DNA from: Octopus sinensis | Taxonomy: Eukaryota | Length of the DNA stretch: 64,000 bases | Direction: 5' to 3' | Assembly (NCBI RefSeq): GCF_006345805.1 | Contig: NC_042997.1 | Coordinates: forward strand, 163,866,001 to 163,930,000 | In this document: positions 38,265 to 51,720 of the stretch, in pieces | Position numbering within the stretch: position 1 is the stretch's first letter | Layout of the letters: every line of letters begins with the position of its first letter | Notes under the pieces: model-generated | The model's input: the letters and a program-made list of their open reading frames with translations, nothing else | Told to the model about the DNA's origin: nothing | Database searches by the model: none | Position numbers and translations under genes: made by a program

Positions 38265-38664
38265 TGTTAATTGTTTTGATTATTTGTTGACCAGTAGAGT
38301 GTTTTGGTTGGCTTATTTTCTACTTAGGTAATTTTGTTGTTGCCAGAGGACTTGCTAACCTTGTTTCAGTTTCATTGTCACTAAGTGTTCTGGTTGGCCG
38401 ATTCCCTTACTAGGCCACTGGTTCAATTGGCTTGATGTTTTATTTGTTTTTTTCCAGATCATCAAACGATTTCATTGGTTCAGGAAAAAGCAAATATACA
38501 TAGAACTGACTGAACCAGTGGTCTCTTAAGGGAATCAACTAACTGGAACACTGGGTAACAATCAAGCTGAAACAGGTTACCAAATCCTTTGACAATAACA
38601 AAACAACAGCAGAAAATAAACCAACTAAAGTACTCTACTGGTCAACAAATAAAGCAATCAACAA
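38265..38664. repeat. Diverged inverted repeat (~150-bp arms, ~85-nt spacer), old MITE-like
   Basis: ttatttgttgaccagtagagt...ggccactggttca versus tgaaccagtggtc...actctactggtcaacaaataa. Confidence 0.8.
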
Positions 38665-38829
38665 AGAAATGATGTCACCATGAAGTTAACTAACCAAAAT
38701 GCCAAAACCAAAATATTTGACCAAAATATCCATGAAATCAAATGGAGAAAAACAAATGATGTCATCAAATTTACAACCAATAAGAACTTGATCCTTTGCC
38801 ATAAACACACACACACACAGAGCAATTCT

Positions 38830-39545
38830 ACATGATAGTGAAAGATGGACCTTGAATGCAGAGGACATGTGAAGATTAGAAAAGAATGAGGCTAGTATGC
38901 ACTGCTGGTTGTGTAATGTAAGTGTACATGTTTGAGAGGGAACTAGTGTTCTGAGAGAGAAGTTAGGCATAAGAGGAATTGTTGTTGTGGGCAAGAGAGA
39001 AGACTGCACTGATTTTGTCATGTGATGCAGATGGATGCCGACAGCTCCATAAAAAAGTGCTGATCTCTCAAAGTAGATGGAACACATGGAAGTGGGAGAC
39101 CCAAGAAGACGTGGGATGAAGTACTGAAAGACAACCTCAAGAAGCTGAACCTCTCAGGCAATATAATAAAGGACGGAAATACCTGGTGCCTTGCTGTACT
39201 CAAGAAGACCTGTACACCACAGCAGTGTTAAGACTGATCCTTCTGGTGATGTAAAGCATTTGTGGCAGTTCCACGTAAAAGCACCTATGTGACAGCACAT
39301 AAAAGAGCCCATCTGGTGACATGTAAAAGTGCCTATGAAGTGCTACATAAAAGTGCCAGTGCAGCACCACACAAATGTGCCTTATAGTACCAAGTAAAAG
39401 CACCCAGCACACTTTATAAAGTGGTTGGTGTTAAGAAAGGCATCCAATCATAGAAACCTTGCCAAGTCAGACTGGATTATGGTGCAGCTCCCCAGCTTGC
39501 CAGCTCTGGTCACACTGTCCAACCCATGCCAGCATGGACAATTTT
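38830..39545 (+). mobile_element. RTE LINE 3' fragment with ~20-bp gcacataaaagtgcc array and terminal module
   Basis: Contains ttaggcataagagg...gatggaacacatggaagtgggagacc, similar to 56450-56600, followed by the shared terminal module. Confidence 0.8.
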
Positions 39546-39846
39546 AACTTAAAACATTTTGAATTTTCACAAGTAAAAACAGTGAATAATGGCAAAGAAA
39601 CCTTCCTCATGCACCATGACAGAAATTGTAAAAAAATGCTTTTTCTTTCTCCCTATTTTTTCTTTTATTCTTTTATTTGACTGCAACCATGATGGAGTAC
39701 CACCTTTAGTCAAATAAATTTACCCCAGGATTTATTCTTTTGACCAACTGCTAAGTTACAGGGACGTAAACGCATTAACATCGGTTGTCAAGTGATGGTA
39801 GGGGACAAACACAGACACACAAACATATACATATGTGTATATATAT

Positions 39847-39889
<43 letters not shown>

Positions 39890-39893
<4 letters not shown>

Positions 39894-40048
39894 GGAAAGT
39901 TTATGAAAATAAACAAAAGACAAAGGCAGGTGGTGTACAAACAAACAAATGTATTAGTATAGCGCTCAGGAATAGAAAAAGTCTTTTACGTTTCGAGCCT
40001 ACGCTCTTCCACAGAAAGATACACAGAAAAAAACAAGGAGAGAAACAA

Positions 40049-40050
<2 letters not shown>
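39890..40050 (-). mobile_element. Penelope-terminus-like short element in (TA)n, family A
   Basis: TA-flanked and carries the hammerhead-like motif. Homologous copies occur at ~48830-48982 (+, with a decayed core ctgtcgaaaagtataggctaaaaatgtaaaagac) and ~24355-24445 (+, partial). Confidence 0.6.
39981..40020 (-). ncRNA. Minimal hammerhead-like motif with variant core (CUGUGGA)
   Basis: The minus strand reads UCUUU CUGUGGA A GAGC GUAG GCUC GAA ACGU A AAAGA: a 5-bp stem I, 4-bp stem II, palindromic ACGU stem III and GUA triplet. A6 is replaced by U. Confidence 0.55.
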
Positions 40051-40116
<66 letters not shown>

Positions 40117-40588
40117 GTATATGTATATGTTTGCGTGCATTGTGAGTGGATTTGTTGACAGAAACTGAAAAAAGCTGTTGTATGTATGCACAAGTCTATA
40201 TGTGTGTCTTTGCATCTGGGTTTGTCTCCAAACACCACTTGACAACTGGTATAGGTGTATTTATGTCCTTGTAACCTAGTGGTTTGACAAAAGAGAATGA
40301 TAGAATAAGTACTAGACTTTAAAAACATAAGTTTTGAGGTCAATTTGTTCAACTAAAATTCTACAAGGTAGTGTCTCAACATGGCTGTAGTCTAATAACA
40401 TGAACTTAGTAAAAGATAAATATATAGGCACAGGAGTGGCTGTGTGGTAGGTAGCTGGCTTACCAACCACATGGCTATGGGTTCAGTCCCACTGTGTGAC
40501 ACCTTGGGCAAGTGTCTTCTACTATAGCTTTGGGTTGACCAAAACCTTTTGAGTAGATTTGGGAGATGGAAACTGAAAGAAGCCCATC

Positions 40589-40636
<48 letters not shown>

Positions 40637-40709
40637 GTGTGTGTGTGCATGTGTGGGTGTGTGCGTGTGCACGTGTGTATGTTTATATATATATATATAT
40701 ATATATATA

Positions 40710-41289
40710 CACTCAGAACCACACTAATAACTTAGGAGTGAAATTTAGGATTTCTTGGTTTACTGTGAATCGATTTTGATAAAACTTTTCCCTGCTGGTT
40801 TGCACATTATGACAATACCATTGTTATATTTTCAATACTCTGTATAATGACCTTTCTTTTTTATTTCAGATTCTTCTTTTGAATGAAAATAGTCCATCTA
40901 GACTTTTCTTTTTCAAAAAATGAAGGGTAATGATACATATTAAACATACATTGAGTATATATTTATGTCAATAAATGTTATAATATTATTATGATTTTCT
41001 GCTAAATATATACTCAATGTATGCTTAATATCTATCATTACTCTTCATTTTCTGGAAAAAAAACCAAAAAAAAAAAACCATCTAGATGGGCTATTTTCAT
41101 TCAAAAGCATGGTTTACTCAAAAACTGAAAAATCTGAAATAAAAAGTGAAAAGACATTACACAGGATAATGAAAATATAACAATGGTGTTGTTATAATGT
41201 GCAAACCAACTGAAAAAAGTTTTATCAAAATTGATTCACAGAAAACCAAGAAATTCTAAATTTCACTCTTAAGCTATTAGTGTGGTTCT

Positions 41290-41291
<2 letters not shown>
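40710..41291. mobile_element. Foldback/MITE-like palindromic element (~580 bp) in (TA)n
   Basis: cagaaccacactaataacttaggagtgaaatttagg... mirrors ...ctaaatttcactcttaagctattagtgtggttctg. Complementarity continues inward almost to the centre. Confidence 0.85.
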
Positions 41292-41334
<43 letters not shown>

Positions 41335-41444
41335 CGTGACCAACCTAGCTATCAGATGTTGTTACACATCGCTGGCCACAATGCACTTTGCATTGTTTTA
41401 GCCTTCAAATGACACCACCCCACTGGCTAAGTGAGCAGGCCAAT

Positions 41445-41445
<1 letters not shown>

Positions 41446-41493
<48 letters not shown>

Positions 41494-41645
41494 ATGTTTA
41501 ATGTCTGCTTTCCATACTGGCATGGGTTGGAGGGTTTGACTGAGGACTGGCAAGTCAGGAGGCTGTACCAGGCTTCAATCTGTTTCTATAGCTGGATGTC
41601 CTTCCTAACACCAACCACTCCAAGATTGTAGTGGGTGCTTTTTAT
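41446..41645 (-). mobile_element. RTE 3' terminal module, reverse orientation, with (CAT)n tail
   Basis: (cat)n followed by tttaatgtctgctttccatactggcatgggttgg. Confidence 0.75.
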
Positions 41646-42061
41646 GGGCCATGTATGTATATATGTATATATATAGCTAAATAAGGGCGAGGGCCAAATA
41701 CATTGAAAGTAACATTTCATTGCATACAATTTCTTGAAAGACCATCTGAAAACAGAATATAATTAGTTTAATTCTGGTCGAAATATCATGTGAATTTCTC
41801 TATGGAAAATCCTGTCTATTTCTATAATTCATAGTCAGTTTTCATATCTACACAAAAATTTATCCTAAATTTATTGCATTTCATGAAATAAAGATTTTTG
41901 TTCTTTTATAAATTAATTGGTGAACTGTTAAAAAAGACTAGATACACAACTATTCTGAAGTAGAGACAATAATGCACTGAGGTAGTTTAGTACATTAGCT
42001 TATACATCTATATACATTCATATACACACAAACTGCTCACCAGATCTCCCTCGCTCTCTCT

Positions 42062-42445
42062 CTTTATCTTTTACTTGTTTCAGTCATTTGACTGTGGCCA
42101 TGCTGGAGCAGTGCCTTTAGTCAAGACAATCGACCCCAGGACTTATTCTTTGTAAGCCTAGTACTTATTCTATCAGTCCCTCTTCCTGAACCACTAAGTG
42201 ACGGGGATATAAACACACCAGCATTGGTTGTCAAGTGATGTTGGGGGGACAAACACAGACACACAAACATATACATACAAACACAGACACACACACACAC
42301 ACACATATATATACGATGGGCTTCTTTCAGTTTCCGTCTACCAAATCCACTCACAAGGCTTTGGTCGGCTTGAGGCTATAGTAGAAGATGTTTGTCCAAG
42401 ATGTCAAGCAGTGAGACTGAACCCAGAACTATATAGTTGGAGGAG
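42062..42445 (-). mobile_element. SINE family 1, reverse orientation
   Basis: Reverse complement of the 878-1270 family. Confidence 0.85.
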
Positions 42446-42592
42446 GGAGGCATGACTAGGTGTTGTCATGGTTTTGGCTCAGTCCTACATACAGTGTCTT
42501 CCTTGAAAAAGCATCTTCTACTGCCAGCCTAAGTCAGCCAAACTCTTCTGAGTGGGTTTGGTAGACAGAAACTGAAAGCTGCCCATCATATG

Positions 42593-42642
<50 letters not shown>

Positions 42643-42653
42643 CACACACATAC

Positions 42654-42688
<35 letters not shown>

Positions 42689-42885
42689 CAGGTAATGGCG
42701 AATTTCTGCTGACTCTTTCGCCACAACTTTTTCTCACTCTTTCCTCCTGCATCTTGCAGCTCACCTGCGATGGACCGGTGTCCCATCCAGGTGGGGAATC
42801 TATACTCCACCGAACTTGGAAACCGGCCCTTATGAGCCAGGTATAGCTCGAGAAAGAACAAACGATATAACTATATGTGTGTGTG

Positions 42886-42936
<51 letters not shown>

Positions 42937-43377
42937 TTGGTAAATTAATAAAACAACTAAAAAAAAAAGCGCTCTAAAAGCTCAGACACTGTAAAGATAC
43001 CAAAATTCATCCAACAAGTTTTCGAAATAGTATCATAGATCATCCTAGAGAATCAATGAGAGCTATTGCCAAAAACTTCAGGTACTGGAGTGGAGTATCA
43101 GAACTGTAGTGCACAAGGATATTCAGTACAAGTAGCATGTTCTGAGCAGAAGCCAGTTTATGTTGGCAAAGACACAGGTTCAAAGAGTGAACAGACCTCA
43201 ATTTTGCTGGCTCACAGAGAGCAGCAGAAACCTGAGGGAAGTGGCAAAATCTTGTTGCAATGCCATGAATGAATGTCCCTACAACCACAGGGTCAAGAAG
43301 TTGGAAGGAAGGAAGGATGAACCAATGGCAAACTCTTCACAGCTGCTTAATTTGTCTTCTTAAAATAAAAAAAATAA

Positions 43378-43775
43378 CATGCAGGTATGGCTGAGTGCTT
43401 AAGAAGCTTGCTTCATAACTATGTAGTTTCAAATTCAGTCTCACAGCATGGCACTTTGGGAATGTGTCTTCTACTATAGCCCTGGGCTAGTTAATACCTT
43501 GTGAGGAAATTTCATTGATGAAACCTCTAAGGAAGCCTGTTGCGCAAGCACACATGTGTATGTGTGTGCCTGCATGCATGCATGCATGTGTGTTCCCACC
43601 ACACCTCTTGGCAACTGGCATTGGTTTGTTTACATCCCATAACTTAGCAGTTTGGAAAAAGTAATTGCTATAATAAGTACCAAAGTAAAAAATTCATAGT
43701 GGGTGATATTTGACTAAAACCTTTTAAGGCACTGACCAGCACAGCTGCAGTTCAATGATTAAAACAAGTGAAGAA
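43378..43775 (+). mobile_element. SINE family 1
   Basis: Same head, ggcactttggg...gtgtcttctactatagcc body and tail. Confidence 0.8.
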
Positions 43776-46700
43776 AAAAAAAAAAAGATATAGGATAATA
43801 TAGACCTAGAAAATAGTCCTAGATAAACTGTATCCAAGAAAAAAAAAAGAAAAAAACCCACTGGATGGTCACAGCTGGAACACCTTTGGTTATATAACAG
43901 ATTAATTTTGGCTGACCTGAGGCTAAACAAAAACAGCAATCTGCATATATTCCTACAAAATATACAGATTGTAATTATTTAATTCTCGACAAATATTTCT
44001 GTTTTAAAACAACAATTCCATTTAATGTAGAAGTTACCATGACACAAGATTGAAATGACATTTCAGCCAGTAACTCAATTTGCAGCCAATTGTTTACTGT
44101 CCTTCATTGAGAATATACTGAAGATGAAGCAGTGTTGATATCTTCAAGGCTGGAGCCTAATTCTAAAGCAACTACTTTTATTTTAATTATTTAATACGAA
44201 CGGATAGTATCAAAGAAATTAGAAGCAAGGTTAACATCAATTAAAATTCAAACTAAGCTATGAAAATCAATAAAGTGACAGTAATGTTCAAATATTTGCT
44301 ATAATAATTATTGGTGCAATGCTAAGTTTTCGTGACATTCTAGTAAATCACATCTTGGTTTAGATTCTATGACAGAAAGGCATGAACGCTATAAATTTTG
44401 ATTTTCTTTTCTTTTCAAATTTAAGGTTGGAAACCTAATTAAGAAATTACATTATTACTAGGAGATTTCCTCTTTTTCTATAATTATTCCAAGTTAATGT
44501 GGCATACAGTTAAATTTGTAATTTTTGCAGTCTTCTTTGAGAAAAATAAAGTTACAGCTTAGCAGCTGCAGCACCATATATTTGTCTGCTGTCAGTGAGG
44601 TGAGTAAATAAACATCTTCACTTCAAGCCTATATTTCCCCAATGATTATTAAGAGAAAATAAATTAAATTTCCTTATAGAAAAGTAAATTTAGTTAGATC
44701 AGCTTTTTAATATGCCCTAAAGGCTAAGTAAATCATTCTTTTCATGAACCCCACTCTGAATAGAAAATTCTGCAGAGAATAAAGAAAAGGATGGTGGGGT
44801 GGGAGAAAAAAAGAATAAAAGTAAGAATTTTTTAACATCTTTTCAGTGCAATTTTTAAGTTATAAAACATTCATGTGAGTTAACAGAAAAATATTTATGA
44901 CACATACCTGAGAGAATAATGTCACTCATTAAAGCTTTTGCCAAGAGAGACTTGTCAAGGTAGCTCTTTATTATGTACATAATAAATAGGATCTTAATTG
45001 TAAGAAAACATTAGTGGAATGGTGAGCTATTGTAAGAATGTAAGGTTCTCAAAGTTTATACAAGAAGTATCCTAATATTAAAAATATGTTGCCAGCTGAT
45101 GAATAAGTAAAGAGAGGAGAAATAATTTCAAGTGCTAACCAAGAGACACTAGATGATCTCCTGTCATTGCTATATCACACATAGAATTCTTCATGAACAG
45201 ATGCAGATGAACTGCACTTGTCCAGTAAACAAATATTGACTAGAAAGTGTGTGTGCATAAGAGAGAGTGGTGGGGGGGGGGAATTGCACAATTATATCAT
45301 CCCACAAGTAAATTGTGGGTCTAATTCAAACTTCTTAAAGGATCAGCAACTGATCAGAGCTTACACGCTTTCAGGATCCTCAAGAGGACCAAAAGTCTTC
45401 GCGATGAAATTTTTAACTATATTTCAGGGTCATGTCAGGGTTATGAGGCAAAAAAAAAAAAAGAAAAGGGAAAAAAAAAGAAAAGAAAAAAATATCAGAA
45501 ATTGTCAGGCCAAGCATTTGTAGTTTGAAAGTTTGATTGTGTATTCTGAGATTTCTGTTCAAGGAAGCAATACAAGTTTGATGTGAAAGGTGCTTTAGAT
45601 TGCCTGTGGATGGATAAAGTGCGTAGACAGACGTTTAAGGAGAAGGGAAGAGTGGTATCATCTTCACAAGTGTGATTGTTGTTGTTGTTGTTTAGCACCC
45701 AGTCTGCAAACCTGATAAAGCAAACATATGATCAAAGACATACCATCTGTGATTATACTGTCTCTCTCTGAGGCAATGTGCATCTAGGACATTATCCAAA
45801 GTATCCTTTTTAAAGATCGTAAGGTCTAATCTAAGAAGGACTTAATTGCATAGAAACTGAACTCACTGGCTTACATGAGTGGCTTATATGATAGTAGACC
45901 AGTAGGCAGATTGTTAATTTACAGAAGAAAGAGCATGAGAAATACAGCAGAGGACATAGTAAAGTTGATAGAGTGCACCAGAAAGAGTTCTATCAACACA
46001 TTCCTTACTGGTGTGATTTAACAGGAAGAGAGAAGATGAAATTAATGAAGCCTAGGTAGTTTCACTAGATGATTATTATGCCAATCATGGCCAAAGATTT
46101 GGCTAATGTCAAAGCACAGCAACATTGCTTTCACTAAAATTCTTAAGAGTGAGGCAACTTTGGTAAGTGATATAGTGAAGTGTGTCCTCAGATAAGCTGT
46201 ACTGGTGGCTACCAACGAGAGAGAGGGATTAAAATGTTGGAAGTGTGAATTAATAGGTTGATAATTCACAGAATCAGTGTGTGATGTGTGCACGTGCATG
46301 CATGTGTAAATTAGGACTCTCAGTGTAGCTTGGCAAATAAAACACTTATTCTTTGGGATTTAATAGATGAAGTGGTATCATAGTAAGTCTGCAAAAAGTA
46401 TTAATTTTGTAACAGAAGTATGTTTTTTTGACATTTTAGAAATTTATCAGTGTTTCACTAGCTCACTATAAATGGAGAAGCAATATATATATATTCAATA
46501 ATATCTGGCTTGTGCAATATGTATCCCTCCCATATATCTTTTCCATTTGTCATTTAGAAATCTTTTTTTTTACAATTTCTATGCTTTAAACATCAGGTGT
46601 AATGCTTTTGAGTGGGAAGGAAAAGAAATTCACAAGTTCAATTTTTTTCAATTATTTCCTCTCTCTATGTGAACCTCTGATGTTAAACTCAATCCCCTAA

Positions 46701-47454
46701 ACCTAAAACTGAATCCTTAAAATCTACTCATAAATCCTAATCCTGATTGCAAACTTAATTTTTCTTGCAGGATTGTAATCTCCTACATTTATTGCATCTA
46801 ATGATGTATTAAAACATTTTGGAATGAAATATCAGAAACTGGAAATTTACTTCTGGTTGTCTACTCTGAAACAGAGTATTTGAAGGTGGACAATCATTAA
46901 AAATTGGAATTAGGAATTTTTTTTCAGTATCATAAAGAATATTTTCTCCAGGCAAAACTAAATAGAAATTCCAGATAGGTGAGATCACACAGCTCAGCCA
47001 ATATACATTGTATAATTGATCATTTATCTTAAAGTACATATTAATACAAGTGCAGATGTGGTTGTGTGGTTAAGAATGTCACTAAATAACGCCATGCTTT
47101 CAGCTTCATTTTTCTCAACACCATTATTAAACGACTTTTATGACAGAACAAATGTAAAATAATGAACTACAAAATGTTAGCATTCATTGTGGCATTATTA
47201 TTAATGCAGTTGGATCCACCAAACATTTTAATTAAATTCCTATTAACATGAGAAAAGCTTGGCCATTATTTACTCAGGTGTATTTAATGTTAAAAGATGA
47301 GAATTAGAATGACTAACATCAAATATACATGACATAATTATTTTCCATCATCACATTTGAATTTATCCTGGTTGTGGTGAAGATATAAAGCTTAGTGAAG
47401 ACTTGCAACTAGCAGACTGATACTAGTGAAAGTATACTTGAGGAGCTGTCTTTC

Positions 47455-47918
47455 TCTCCCTGTTTTCCTCTTTCTCTCTCTCTCTCTGGCTGGGTAACTA
47501 TGTACCTCTTCCGCAGCAAGACGTCTCTGCCTTTCTTTCTGTCACACTCTAACCTTTCATCATCTGACACAAGATTGCCGCCTCCAATGGACCCTCCCCT
47601 CTAAAGGGTTCCTTGTCTTGCAAAGTTACTTGGTGACCCTGCCAATGCTGGTGCCACTTAAAAAGCACCCAGTCCACACTGCAAAGTGGTTGGCATTTGA
47701 AAGGGCATCCAGCTGTAAAAACCACACCAAAACTGACCTCAACTGTGTGAGTGCCAAGTAAAAAGCACTCAGCCCACTCTGTGGGGTGGTTGGTGTTGGG
47801 AAGAGCATCCAGCTGTAAAAATCATGCTGAAACATGCCACAGGCTCCTGCCTGGCCATCTCCTGTCAAACCATCTAACCCATGTCAGCATGGAAGGAGTA
47901 TGTTAAATAATGATGATG
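47455..47918 (+). mobile_element. RTE 3'UTR fragment with (ATG)n tail
   Basis: Colinear with 57500-57950. Confidence 0.75.
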
Positions 47919-48333
47919 AATACAGTTTTCCAAGGAAAACTCTTTTGTTCAATTCATCAAGCTCTTGTATTATTGGGTATTTGACTCAGCAAGCGTTAAA
48001 ATATCGCACATGACACATTTTCTATTTTTATGACAATGGAAAAAAAAAACACTTCACTTTTTTTGGCAAAGAAAACACTCTCATTTTTTTTTTCACCTGG
48101 AAAACATCTACTTTTGACATGGTAAATAAATTTTTTACTGTTATGGAGACCTGGAAATAAAGACATGCTGACATTTCTTGTTACAAAAAAAAAAAATTAG
48201 CAATTACAAATTATAAACAGAAATATGGCATTTTAAATATTTATCTGAAAATTTTATGATTAGAAAACAGAATAAAAATCTCCCATTCTCTCCTACATGT
48301 TTGCATATGCATATGAGTATACATGTGCATATG

Positions 48334-48364
<31 letters not shown>

Positions 48365-48829
48365 CCTCTCTTCATCCTACCACCTTCTCCTTCCACCCTT
48401 TCCCTTCAACGTCACCCCCTACACATTCCAACCTATCATCCCTATATATCCCATCCCACTCCACCTCATCCCTTAGACCCCACCCTCGCCTCCCCCACAC
48501 CCCAACACCACCATACCACATCACACACCACTACCATACAACACCAGCCCACACACACTAGCACTGACCACTTCCCTGCACCACACTAACAGTGACCACT
48601 TCCCTGCACCACACTAACAGTGACCACTTCCCAGCACCTACACCATCATCCACACATCTACACATGCACACACACACACATCAATGTTACCAGCCCCCTT
48701 CCACAGGCACATACGTGCTCTCACATACACACAGATGGTCACCTTCATTTTGGGATCACCACTACTTTATTATTTCCCCTTCTTCCTAGCTCTTCTGTGT
48801 GACTCCTCTGTCCGGCATTCACCATGACA

Positions 48830-48982
48830 CTCCCTGTTTATTTCTGTGTTCCTTTCTGTCGAAAAGTATAGGCTAAAAATGTAAAAGACTTTCTCACTTC
48901 CCGAGCATTAAACCAATACATCTGTTTGTTGCTTACACAGCCATCTTCGTCTTTTTTTTTGTAAATTCTCACTTTCTCATTA
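48830..48982 (+). mobile_element. Decayed copy of family A Penelope-terminus-like element
   Basis: Aligns by eye to the reverse complement of 39890-40050. The changes in the motif look like CpG decay. Confidence 0.6.
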
Positions 48983-49044
48983 TATATATATATATATATA
49001 TACATGCACACACATGTACAAACACATGCACACACAAAGGGAAG

Positions 49045-49096
<52 letters not shown>

Positions 49097-49344
49097 AGAG
49101 AGAGAGAGAGATTTTTTTGTTTTCTTATCATTCCCAAATTCCCAAATATAAATTTAAAATGTCATATTTCTGTTTATAATTTTTTATAACAAATGTCAGT
49201 GCTTCTTTGTTTCAGGGTCCTGATGACAGTGAAGTGTTTACCTTGTCAAAAATAAAGTGTTTCAAAGTAAAAAAAATGAGTGTTTTCCTATTCCTAAAAA
49301 TTGCTCTGCAGCAGCACACCTGTTTCTACTCTCATTCTTGATCA

Positions 49345-49862
49345 CTCTCACTCTCTCTCTCTCTCTCTCTCTTTCTCTCTATCTCCTTCTCTTGTCCTTC
49401 CCTCTGGCTAGGTAACCAAATACCTCCTTTACGGCAGCACATCTGTTTTTGTTCTCTTTCTTGTTACTCCTCTCTCCCTTTTTCTCTCTCTCTCTCTCTT
49501 CCTTCACCACTCTCTGTCTGGCCAGGTAATCATGTATCTTTTCTATAGCAAGGCACTTGTTTCTGCCTCTCAGTATCTCTGTTACACTCTCATCTTTCAT
49601 CATCTTACACAAGATCACCTCCCCCAAAGCCCCCTCCCCTGTCAAAAGTTGCTTGTCTTGCAAATTACTTGGTAACCCTGCTAATGCTGGTGCCATGTAA
49701 AAAGCATCCAATCCACATTGTGAAGTGGTTGGCATTTGGAAGGGCATCCAGGTGTAAAAACCATGTCAAAACAGACACAGTAGCCTGGTGTAGTCTTCTA
49801 CCTGGCTGGCTCCTGTCAAACTGTTCAACCCATGGAAGGCAGATGTTAAATGATGATGATGA
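49345..49862 (+). mobile_element. RTE 3'UTR fragment with (ATG)n tail
   Basis: Colinear with 57400-57950. Confidence 0.75.
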
Positions 49863-50644
49863 TCATCATCATGGTATTGACCAGACTATTGAATGTTGTT
49901 ATACACTGCTGGTCACAATGTACTTTGCATCATTTTAGCTTATGAATGATGCTACCTTGTTTGCTTGGTGAGGAGGCCATACACACTCACACACACAAAC
50001 ACACACGCACACACACAAACACACACATACACACACACACAACACACACACATACAACACACACACACACACACACACAAACGCACACATAAACTATGTC
50101 CAGTTTCAAAGATAGTACACAAACTAAAATAATGAGATTTCTTTCCTTATCAACAAATATATATGTGTGTTTACTGCCAAATGTTTGTGTGTTTTGACAT
50201 CATTTAGAATTAAATCCATTTAATAAAAAGTTGAATATTGCTTTTATGAATTGAAACAATAGGGAATGAATTTCTTCTAGCTTGAGGGTTTCAGGGGGCA
50301 GAAGTTTTCAACAAAATATTTTAGGGGAAAAGGCTGTGTGTTTAAGTGAACATGAGTTGAAATATTATATCACAACAATGTTCTGTTTTTTAGTCAAAAC
50401 TGTGAAAAGCACACACAGACTGAATTTTATTATAAAAATAGGCACAGATATGACTGTGTAGTTAAGTAGCTCACTCCACAACCACACAGCTTTGAGTTCA
50501 ATCCTACTGTGGGAATTTCAGGCAAGCTGATCAATGCCATGTGAGAAAAATTTGGTTGATGGTGACAGTATGGTAACACATTGTGTAAATATGAATATGT
50601 GTACATGTGTGTGTGTGTGTGTGTGTGCGTGTGTATGTTTTTTT

Positions 50645-51685
50645 CTCCAGGTCATTGCCATTTGAGCGGGGTCATTGCTATTTGAGCGAGGTCGTTGCCA
50701 GTGCCGCTGGACTGGCTCTTGTGCAGGTGGCACATAAAAAGCACCATTTGAGCGTGGCCATTGCCAGTACCACCAAACTCTAGTGGCACGTAAAAGCACC
50801 CACTACACTCTCGGAGTGGTTGGCATTAGGAAGGGTATACAGCTGTAGAAACTCTGCCAGATCAGATTGGAGTCTGGTTCACCAAACCTCAGTCAAATCG
50901 TCCAACCCATGCAAGCATGGAAAGCGGATGTTAAACGATGATGATGATGATGTGTCTTTGCTTTGACACTGCTTAGGCAGTGATGGTAATATTGTTTATG
51001 TCCCACATATAAAAGTAGGTCAATGTTGGTGAGACATACTTGAAAACAAGTATGGGCTGCCTCAAGAAGTCTCTTACAACCCATACCAGCAAAGAAAAAG
51101 GAGATGAATGACCAAGACTTTTGGCGATATGCCTTGGTGCAGAAGACATGTTACGCCAAGTGAAATCATATTGTGGCCAATGCTGGTGTCATATAACTGG
51201 CACTTGTGCTGGTAGTACATAAACAGCACCTTTTACACTCTTAGAGTGGTTGACATTAGGAACGGTATTCGGGCAGAGAAACCAAGCCAAATTAGATTGG
51301 AACCTGGTGAAGCTCTCCAGCTTACCAGTTTCATTCAAACCATCTAACCCATGCCAGCATGGAAAGTAGATGCTAAATGATGATGATGATGATATACACA
51401 TGAAGGCAGATACACACACATACACATACATAACAGGCCTTCTACACAGTTTCCATCTACCAAATTCACTCACAAGGCATTGGTCACAAGGGCTTTAGTA
51501 GAAGACGCCCAAGATGTCATGCAGTGGGACTGAACCTGAAACCTATATATATATGGTTGGTGTTAGGAAGGGCATCCAGCTGTAGAAACTCTGCCAGATC
51601 AAGATTAGAGCCTGGTGCAACCATCTGGTTCGCCAACCCTCAGTCAAATCGTCCAACCCATGCTAGCATGGAAAGCAGACGTTAA

Positions 51686-51720
<35 letters not shown>
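50645..51720 (+). mobile_element. Cluster of three RTE 3' terminal modules (~50645-50953, ~51020-51392, ~51555-51720) with an antisense SINE piece at ~51430-51545
   Basis: Each module has gtggttggc.ttaggaagggc...ccaacccatgc.agcatggaaa...atgatgatg. Confidence 0.75.

Noticed and set aside
49220-49255. CUGAUGA followed by gacag...ttgtcaaaa
   Set aside because: There is no GAAA and the helix register does not fit. At best it is a decayed relic.
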